Assembly (NCBI GenBank): GCA_038042325.1
Contig: JBBTEL010000161.1
Span: 1 to 34,649, forward strand
Length of the DNA: 34,649 nt
Direction of reading: 5' to 3'
Origin: Candidatus Methylomirabilota bacterium
GTDB taxonomy: Bacteria; Methylomirabilota; Methylomirabilia; Rokubacteriales; CSP1-6
Shown piece by piece: positions 28,349 to 34,649 of the stretch. Under the pieces are notes generated by a model. That model did not search any database, was not told the origin of the DNA, and was given only the letters and a program-made list of their open reading frames with translations. The position numbers were made by a program, and so were the translations under genes. How positions within the stretch are numbered: position 1 is the stretch's first letter; every line of letters starts with the position of its first letter.

Positions 28349-30154
28349 CTATCCCCGGTAGAGCGAGGCGATCAGGTCGGCGTAGCGCTCCTCGATGTGG
28401 CGGCGCTTCACCTTCTTCGTGGGGGTCACGTCCCCCTCCTCCTCGTAGAAGCGCCGGGGCAGGAGGGCGAACTTCTTGATGGACTCCACCTGGGAGACGG
28501 TCTTGTTGACCTTGTCGATCTCGCCCTGGATCAGGCGCCGGATCTCCGGGTTCTGGGTGAGGTCGGCGAACGTGGCGAACGGGATCCGGTGGTCCTGGGC
28601 GAACTTGGTGACGTTGTCCTCGTCGATCAGGATCAGGGCCACGAGATACTTCTGCCGGTCGCCGAGCACCACGGAGTCCTGAATGTACGGGCTGAACTTG
28701 AGCTTGTTCTCGATGTAGGCCGGGGTGATGTTCTTGCCGCCGGCGGTGATGAGGATGTCCTTCTTCCGGTCCAGGATCTTCAGGTACCCATCTTCCCAGG
28801 CGCCGACGTCCCCCGTGTGAAGCCAGCCGTCCCTGTCGATCGTCTGCGCCGTCAGCTCAGGATCCTTGAAGTAGCCCTTGAAGACGTGGGGGCCCCGCGT
28901 CAGGATCTCGCCGTCGTCCGCCAGTGCCACCTCGATCCCCCGGATCGGCTCGCCCACGGTCCCCACCCGGGAGCGCTCGAGCCGGTTGGCCGAGATGACC
29001 CCCGTGGACTCGGTCATCCCGTACACCTCCAGCAGCGGGATCCCCAGCGCGTGGAAGAACTCGAACAGTTCGGGGGCCGCCGGCGCGGCGGCCGACACGG
29101 CCACCCGGATCCGGTCGAACCCCAGCAGGCGCTTGAGGGGATAGAGGACGGCGGCGGAGGCGAGGGCGTACGCCAGGCGCAGAAGGGGGCCCACCCCCCC
29201 GCTCTGAGCGGCGCGGGCGCGGCGGCGCCCGATCGCGAACGCGAGCCGGTACAGGGTACGCTTGAGAAGGGTGGAATCCGCCATCCTCAGCTCCACCGCG
29301 GAGGCCATCTTCTCCCAGATCCGCGGTGGGCCGGCGAAGTACGTCGGCGACACCTCACGGAGGTTCTGGGCGAGGGTATCGGCGCTCTCCACGAAATTGA
29401 CCACGTAGCCCAGGCGGATCGAGTTGAAGACGGAGGTGAAGTTCTCAAAGATGTGGGCAAAGGGCAGGTACGAGATCACCTCGTCCTCCGGGGCCCACGG
29501 GATGGCCTCCAGCGCGGACTCCAGGATCCACAGGATGCTCTTGTGGGCGAGCATGGCGCCCTTGGGGGGCCCGGTGGTCCCCGAGGTGTAGATGATCATG
29601 GCCGAGTCGTCGGGCCGGATCGCCGCCACGCTGTCCTCGACGCACCGGGGATGGGCCTGGAGGAAGCCCAGGCCTTGCTTCAGGAAGTCGTCGAAAAACA
29701 CCACCCGCTCGTCAGAGAAGCCCCAGAGCCCCTTGGCGTCCCAGACCACGACCTTTTCGACGCGCGTATCCGAGAGAATCTGAAGCGCCTTCTCGAGCTG
29801 CTCCTCGTTCTCGAGGAAGAGGATCCGCGCCTCGGAGTGGTTCAGCAGGTACTTGATCTGCTCGGGCGCCGAGGTCGCGTAGATGCCACAGGTGGCGCCC
29901 CCCGCCGACATGATTCCCAGGTGGCAGTAGAGCCACTCCGGGCGGTTGTCGCCGAGGATGGCGACGTTTTCCTCGCGGCGGAGCCCGGAGGCCAGCAGGG
30001 CGGCGGCCACCTTGCGGACCTCGGCCGCGTACTCGTTCCAGGAGACGCGGTGCCAGACGCCGTACTCCTTGTAGCGGAGCGCCAGCCCGTCGCCGCGGCG
30101 CCTGACCTGCTCGAAGAACAGATCCGGGAGATTCCGGGCGCTTATGGGTTCCAT
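28349..30154 (-). CDS. AMP-forming acyl-CoA ligase (long-chain-fatty-acid--CoA ligase family)
   Basis: Motifs IIYTSGTTGPPKG (AMP motif I), EVYGMTE, HTGDVG and GKNITP. ATG 30154 has GGAGG 8 nt upstream and overlaps the livF TGA (TGATG). Confidence 0.88.
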   Translation of the reverse strand: MEPISARNLPDLFFEQVRRRGDGLALRYKEYGVWHRVSWNEYAAEVRKVAAALLASGLRREENVAILGDNRPEWLYCHLGIMSAGGATCGIYATSAPEQIKYLLNHSEARILFLENEEQLEKALQILSDTRVEKVVVWDAKGLWGFSDERVVFFDDFLKQGLGFLQAHPRCVEDSVAAIRPDDSAMIIYTSGTTGPPKGAMLAHKSILWILESALEAIPWAPEDEVISYLPFAHIFENFTSVFNSIRLGYVVNFVESADTLAQNLREVSPTYFAGPPRIWEKMASAVELRMADSTLLKRTLYRLAFAIGRRRARAAQSGGVGPLLRLAYALASAAVLYPLKRLLGFDRIRVAVSAAAPAAPELFEFFHALGIPLLEVYGMTESTGVISANRLERSRVGTVGEPIRGIEVALADDGEILTRGPHVFKGYFKDPELTAQTIDRDGWLHTGDVGAWEDGYLKILDRKKDILITAGGKNITPAYIENKLKFSPYIQDSVVLGDRQKYLVALILIDEDNVTKFAQDHRIPFATFADLTQNPEIRRLIQGEIDKVNKTVSQVESIKKFALLPRRFYEEEGDVTPTKKVKRRHIEERYADLIASLYRG

Positions 30155-30930
30155 CACCATCGCCTCCGTTTCCGGTAGAGCCGCCACCCCTTGGGGGAGA
30201 CCGTGTCGGCGCCCCCGATCCCGAGATACACCTCCCGGACGTCCTCGTTCGCCTCGAGCTCTTTGGGCGTCCCCTGCAGCACGATCCGTCCCGCCTCCAG
30301 GATGGCCGCGTGGTGGGCCACCTTCAACGCGAGCCGCGCGTTCTGCTCCACCAGGAGGATCGTCGTCCCCCTCCGGCTGATGGTGAGGAGCGCGTCGAAG
30401 ACCGCCCGCGCCACCTGGGGCGCCAGCCCGAGCGACGGCTCGTCCAGCATGAGGAGCCGCGGCCGCCGCAGGATCGCCCGCCCGAGCGCCAGCATCTGCT
30501 GCTCGCCGCCCGAGAGGGTCTCCGCCTGCTGCGTCGCGCGCTCCTTCAGGATCGGAAACATGCCATACACGAACTCGAGGTCTTGCTGGACCCCGTCGTC
30601 GCGCCGCCCCCAGAGCCCGAGCTCCAGGTTCTCAGCCACCGTCAGCTCCCGAAACAGTCCCCGGTCCTCGGGGACGTACACGATCCCGAGGTTCGCGACC
30701 TTCTCAGGGGGACGCCGCTCGATGCGGTGGCCCGCGAACTCGATGACGCCCTTCTTCGGCTGATCCTTCAGGAGGCCGGCGACGGTCTTCAGGAGCGTGG
30801 TCTTCCCCGCCCCGTTCGGGCCCAGGACCGCGAAGATCTGCCGCTCCTCGACCTCCAGCGACACCCCGAACAGCGCGTAGATACGGTCGAAGTACAGCGT
30901 CTCGATGCTGGCGATCTTCAGGAGGGCCAT
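30154..30930 (-). CDS. livF: ABC transporter ATP-binding protein (LivF family)
   Basis: 258 aa from ATG 30930. Walker A GPNGAGKTT, signature LSGGEQQML, and LLMLDEPSLGL. Confidence 0.9.
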   Translation of the reverse strand: MALLKIASIETLYFDRIYALFGVSLEVEERQIFAVLGPNGAGKTTLLKTVAGLLKDQPKKGVIEFAGHRIERRPPEKVANLGIVYVPEDRGLFRELTVAENLELGLWGRRDDGVQQDLEFVYGMFPILKERATQQAETLSGGEQQMLALGRAILRRPRLLMLDEPSLGLAPQVARAVFDALLTISRRGTTILLVEQNARLALKVAHHAAILEAGRIVLQGTPKELEANEDVREVYLGIGGADTVSPKGWRLYRKRRRW

Positions 30931-31017
30931 TATTGAGCGTGCTTTAACGTGAATGACATCGGTCGGTGGTTCGGCCTCTTCGCGCAAGCGCTCATCGGGG
31001 CGTCTGTCCCATCGGTT

Positions 31018-31770
31018 TCATTCTCCGAGGTATGCCCGGATGACTTCGGGGTGGCGCTGGACCTCCGCCGGCGTCCCCTCGGCGATCTTCACGCCGTGGT
31101 CGAGCGCGACCATGCGGCTCGCCAGGCGCGAGGCCACCCGCAGGTCGTGCTCCACCAGGAGGATCGTGATGCCGAAGCGGCCGCGCACCTCGTGAATCCA
31201 GTACGAGACCTCCTCCTTCTCCTCGGCCGTCAGCCCCGAGACCGGCTCGTCGAGGAGCAGGAGCCTCGGCTCGGTCGCCAGCGCCCGTGCCAGCTCGATC
31301 TTCTTCTGCACCCCGAAGGGGCAGTCGGCCACCCGGCTCTTCCGGTACGGCTCCAGGTTGAGGAACTCGATGATCTCCTCGCAGCGCCGGCGGTGGCGGA
31401 CCTCCTCCCCCCGGAGCCGCAGCATCGCCTGCAGGAGATTCTTCTTGAAGTGCAGATGCCGGCCGACCAGCAGGTTGTCGAGGACCGTCATGTTCAGGAA
31501 GAGGCGCAAGTTCTGGAAGGTGCGGGCGACCCCCCGCCGCGTCACGGCGTCGGGGGAGAGCCCGAGCAGGCTCTCCCCCTTGAACGTGATGGCTCCCGCC
31601 GCGGGGCGGTAGATCCCCGTGATGCAGTTGAAGAGCGAGGTCTTGCCGGAGCCGTTCGGGCCGATCACCGCGAGAATCTCCCCCTCGGCGATCTGCACGC
31701 CGACTCCGGCCAGAGCCTTGATCCCGCCGAAGCTCAGTGAGAGGTCAGTGACCTCGAGGAATCCCCCCAT
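31018..31770 (-). CDS. livG: ABC transporter ATP-binding protein (LivG family)
   Basis: 250 aa. GPNGSGKTSLFN, LLLDEPVSGL, and the LivG-type C-terminus EVIRAYLGE. Confidence 0.9.
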   Translation of the reverse strand: MGGFLEVTDLSLSFGGIKALAGVGVQIAEGEILAVIGPNGSGKTSLFNCITGIYRPAAGAITFKGESLLGLSPDAVTRRGVARTFQNLRLFLNMTVLDNLLVGRHLHFKKNLLQAMLRLRGEEVRHRRRCEEIIEFLNLEPYRKSRVADCPFGVQKKIELARALATEPRLLLLDEPVSGLTAEEKEEVSYWIHEVRGRFGITILLVEHDLRVASRLASRMVALDHGVKIAEGTPAEVQRHPEVIRAYLGE

Positions 31771-31773
31771 CTA

Positions 31774-32970
31774 CTAGAAGTGCGACGGGAAGTTCTGGTA
31801 CCCGGTAATCGTGGTGAAGGACGCATCGGCGGCCTTCCCCGCCCGCATCATGCGGATAGGGTTCAGGCCGTGGCGCCGGTTGGGCCCCCAGGTGATCGGT
31901 GCCGTCAGCTTCTCCGGCGTCCAGTTCTTGATGCTCTCCATCGCCTCGATGAAGTTCTCCCGCGTGAGATTCCGGCCGGCGCGCTTCAGCCCCTCCACGG
32001 TGGCCATCATCGCGACGGCACCCGCCAGGGCAAAGCTCTCCCGCCCCTTGAGCTTGGGGTCCTGCTTGAGGAGAATCTCGATGATGCGATCGGCCTCGGG
32101 CTCGCCGGGGACCGCCCCGGTCACGTTGTAGTACGCCCCTTCCCAGAGCTCGCCCAGCAGCCGGAACATCGTGTGGCGGTCGCCCAGCGGAAAGGCCGCG
32201 AAGATCTTGGGGCGGTAGCCGACCTTGGCCATTTCTTTGATAAGGTTGGCGCCGTGCGTGACGGTGGAGTAAAAGACCACCGTGTCGGCGCCCGAGTCCT
32301 TGATCTTGAGCGCGTGGGTGCCCAGCTCCCGGTCCGCCACCTCGTAGGACACCTCGGCGGCGATCGACACCGCGCCACCCAGCCCCTTCACACCCCGCCG
32401 GACGCCCTCCAGGCCGCCCTTGCCGTAATCGTCGTTCTGGAAGAACACCGCCACCTTCTTGGCCTTCTCGAGCTTGGCGGCCTGCTGGACCAGGAACTCG
32501 CCCTCGTCCCCGTAGTCCGGATAAACCATGAACACGTACTTGAGCTTCTCCCGGGGCTGCTTGGCGAACACCTGGGGATTACCGTAGGGCCAGATGGTGG
32601 GGAGCTTGAATTCCGCGACGTTGTCCTTATTGGCGCTGAGGATCGCCGTGCCGAGGAGCCCCACCAGCGCGAAGATGGAGTCCTTCATTTCAGTCACGTT
32701 GGCTACCGCCCGGCCGGGATGGTATCCGTCGTCTTTCATATCTACTTTGATCTTCCGGCCATGGACCCCGCCCTGCTCGTTGACGTGCTTGGCCCAGGCC
32801 TCGGCGCCGAGCGCCGTCGTCCCCCACACCGCCGCCGGGCCGGAGAGCGGCGTCGTAAACCCGATGACCACCTCCGTGTCGGTCACGCCGGGAACCTTGG
32901 CCTGTGCCCAGGCCGACGTGGCGGACATCGCCAACACCAGTGACAACACTCCGAACATTCTCAGCCTCAT
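31774..32970 (-). CDS. Periplasmic substrate-binding protein, LivK/type-1 PBP family
   Basis: 398 aa. Signal peptide MRLRMFGVLSLVLAMSATSAWA-QA, then IGFTTPLSGPAAVWG. AAGGAGG upstream. Confidence 0.88.
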   Translation of the reverse strand: MRLRMFGVLSLVLAMSATSAWAQAKVPGVTDTEVVIGFTTPLSGPAAVWGTTALGAEAWAKHVNEQGGVHGRKIKVDMKDDGYHPGRAVANVTEMKDSIFALVGLLGTAILSANKDNVAEFKLPTIWPYGNPQVFAKQPREKLKYVFMVYPDYGDEGEFLVQQAAKLEKAKKVAVFFQNDDYGKGGLEGVRRGVKGLGGAVSIAAEVSYEVADRELGTHALKIKDSGADTVVFYSTVTHGANLIKEMAKVGYRPKIFAAFPLGDRHTMFRLLGELWEGAYYNVTGAVPGEPEADRIIEILLKQDPKLKGRESFALAGAVAMMATVEGLKRAGRNLTRENFIEAMESIKNWTPEKLTAPITWGPNRRHGLNPIRMMRAGKAADASFTTITGYQNFPSHF

Positions 32971-33121
32971 CGCTTGTCCTCCTTGGTTGGGGTCTGCGTG
33001 CCCGAAGAGCCTTTAACAGAAGACGGATGGGCACCCGCGGTCATTCGTCTCAGGCGCGGGCCCGGGAGTTGAGTGGAGATTCGCGTCCCTCGTGAATGAG
33101 CCGTCAGCCGAATTTGCCGCG

Positions 33122-33150
33122 ATTATAGGGGGAAGCATAGCCCCTGTCAA
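33122..33150 (-). promoter_or_regulatory. Perfect consensus sigma-70 promoter (TTGACA-17 nt-TATAAT) for the transporter/ligase/di-iron/carboxylase operon
   Basis: The minus strand reads TTGACAggggctatgcttcccccTATAAT, about 150 nt upstream of the SBP ATG (32970). Confidence 0.7.
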
Positions 33151-33163
33151 TGCGGCTAAAGGC

Positions 33164-34351
33164 TTAGTTTTGGCGGCTTTTGGGGGGCTCCAGGAGGCTG
33201 GCCGGGATCAGGGCGCGATCGCCGAAGCGGCGGGCCAGCCTGTCGGCGGCTCGGGCCACCCGTTCCCGCCTGGCCGCGGGGGCCGAGAAGAGCGAGAGCT
33301 GGGCCGATCCACCCTGCATCAGCCCGGATACCGATACTCCGATGAGCCTGACCGGCTTGACCCGGGTCACCCGCTCGAGCAGCGCGAAGGCGCGCCGGAA
33401 GATCTCGAGCCCGTCCTGGGTGGCCTCGCCGGTCAGGCTCCGCGTGATCGTCTGAAAGTCGGCGAACCTGAGCTTGAGCGTGACGGTCCGCCCCGCGTAG
33501 CCTTCCGCCCTCAGCTCGCGCGCGACCCGCTCAGCCTGGGCCAGGAGCGTGCGTCGAAGCTCCTCCTGATCGCGCGTGTCCGCGTCGAAGGTCTCCTCCG
33601 CCCCCATGGACTTGGGCGCGGCGAAGGGCTCCACCGGGCGGTCGTCCCGCCCGTAGGCCAGCTCGTGGAGAAGCGTTCCCCATTTGCCGAAGCGCTTCGC
33701 GAGCACGCCCGCGGGGACGCGGGAGAGCTGGCCGATCGTCTCGATCCCCATGGCGCGGAGGTCACGCGCGGTGACGCGGCCGACCCCCCACAGTCTCTCG
33801 ATAGGGAGGTCCCGGAGGAAATCGGCTTCCTCCCCCGGCTTCACCTCCACCAGACCGTCGGGCTTCTTGAGGTCGGAGGCGAGCTTGGCGAGGAACTTGT
33901 TCGGCGCGACTCCCGCCGACGCCGTCAGCCCGACCTCCGCTCGCAAGCGTTCCTTGATCGTCCGGGCGACCTCGAGAGCCGGGCCCAGCAGGCGTTCGGT
34001 TCCCGTGACGTCGAGGAAGGCCTCGTCCACGGAGATCGGCTCCAGCAACGGCGAGTACTCGGACAGGAGGGTCATGATCTCGCCCGAGACGCGGGCGTAC
34101 TTGTCCATGTCCACGGGGAGGAAGACCGCCTCGGGGCAGAGGCGCGCGGCCCTGCCGATCGACATGGCCGAGTGGACGCCGAACCGGCGCGCCTCGTAGG
34201 AGGCGGCGGAGACCACGCCCCGCCCCCGGGGATCGCCCCCCACGATGACCGGCCGCCCGCGGAGCTCCGGGCGGTCACGCTGCTCGACGGACGCGTAAAA
34301 CGCGTCCATGTCCACGTGAATGATCGAGCGGACTGAAGGCGGGACGGCCAC
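33164..34351 (-). CDS. dinB: DNA polymerase IV (Y-family)
   Basis: Motifs IIHVDMDAFYASVEQRD, SIDEAFLDVT and LPIERLWGVGRVT. The start is taken as GTG 34351 (VAVPPSVRSIIHVDMD); the ORF-track start at 34438 would run through the repeat core. Confidence 0.9.
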   Translation of the reverse strand: MAVPPSVRSIIHVDMDAFYASVEQRDRPELRGRPVIVGGDPRGRGVVSAASYEARRFGVHSAMSIGRAARLCPEAVFLPVDMDKYARVSGEIMTLLSEYSPLLEPISVDEAFLDVTGTERLLGPALEVARTIKERLRAEVGLTASAGVAPNKFLAKLASDLKKPDGLVEVKPGEEADFLRDLPIERLWGVGRVTARDLRAMGIETIGQLSRVPAGVLAKRFGKWGTLLHELAYGRDDRPVEPFAAPKSMGAEETFDADTRDQEELRRTLLAQAERVARELRAEGYAGRTVTLKLRFADFQTITRSLTGEATQDGLEIFRRAFALLERVTRVKPVRLIGVSVSGLMQGGSAQLSLFSAPAARRERVARAADRLARRFGDRALIPASLLEPPKSRQN

Positions 34352-34399
34352 GCCTTTGAACGCTACGCTCGGTGCGCCGGGCCGAGAACCGAGCAGCCC

Positions 34400-34430
34400 A
34401 AGGCCCGAGGGAGGAGCCGACCGGAGCGTA
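34400..34430. repeat. 31-nt repeat core, copy B (AAGGCCCGAGGGAGGAGCCgACCGGAGCGTA)
   Basis: 30/31 identical to 5683..5713 in the same orientation, located in the dinB upstream spacer. Confidence 0.8.
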
Positions 34431-34456
34431 ACGACCACGCCGGCCTGCGGCCGGAC

Positions 34457-34534
34457 GCGGTGCCCGCAAAGGAACGGATCGGCGACGACCGAGCGCTGAT
34501 CAGTCGCCGAAGGCGATCTATTGCGGGCACCCGC
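34457..34534. repeat. Imperfect inverted repeat GCGGTGCCCGCA (34457..34468) / TGCGGGCACCCGC (34522..34534) enclosing ~53 nt
   Basis: Read directly. The arms share the GGTGCC/GGCACC core with the inverted repeat at 5656..5780. The interior contains GACGACCGAG, which is also found inside copy A (AACGACCGAG at 5738..5747). Confidence 0.5.
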
Positions 34535-34567
34535 GAAGCGGGTCGTGCGACGGTTATCGGCACGGCG

Positions 34568-34649
34568 CTACACGGGAGAGCCCCCCAGGCCGAGCCTGGG
34601 GGCCACGCCCTCGAGGGCCTTGATCACGAAGTCGATGTGGGCGTCCAGA
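34568..34649 (-). CDS. 3' end of an unidentified CDS (26 codons + TAG) entering from the right edge
   Basis: The frame is open to the window edge and reads ...LDAHIDFVIKALEGVAPRLGLGGSPV*. It is too short to assign. Confidence 0.5.
   Translation of the reverse strand, partial: LDAHIDFVIKALEGVAPRLGLGGSPV

Noticed and set aside
34358-34370. GAACgctacgctc upstream of dinB as a Cheo-type LexA box (GAAC-N4-GTTC)
   Set aside because: The second half-site is CGCT rather than GTTC, so the match is too poor to call.

Overview
This is a high-GC bacterial chromosomal window, coded almost entirely on the minus strand and tightly packed. From left to right it holds: (i) the housekeeping array rpsB-tsf-pyrH-frr-uppS-cdsA-dxr-rseP-ispG; (ii) rplM-rpsI-argC-argJ behind a recognisable sigma-70 promoter; (iii) nth and an envelope glycosylation module (GT2, aminotransferase, GT-C membrane transferase); (iv) a PduO-type adenosyltransferase, a YceI-like protein, cinA and rpoD; (v) an ~11 kb operon behind a perfect consensus promoter, with a Liv-type ABC transporter, an embedded acyl-CoA ligase, two ferritin-like di-iron proteins and a biotin carboxylase module; (vi) dinB (Pol IV). 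The main finding is that ispG is interrupted by a 371-codon LAGLIDADG intein (167..1279), inserted exactly at the conserved Fe-S ligand cysteine of the GCxVNGPGE motif. This gene is missing from the supplied ORF track because its frame runs off the left edge without a stop. Other observations are two clean gene remnants (accC with a ~350-codon internal deletion, and a C-terminal malic-enzyme fragment abutting the pduO stop), a repeated intergenic element in two spacers, and an uncharacterised DUF455-like di-iron pair inside the uptake/CoA-activation/carboxylation operon. I saw no rRNA, tRNA, CRISPR array or transposase.
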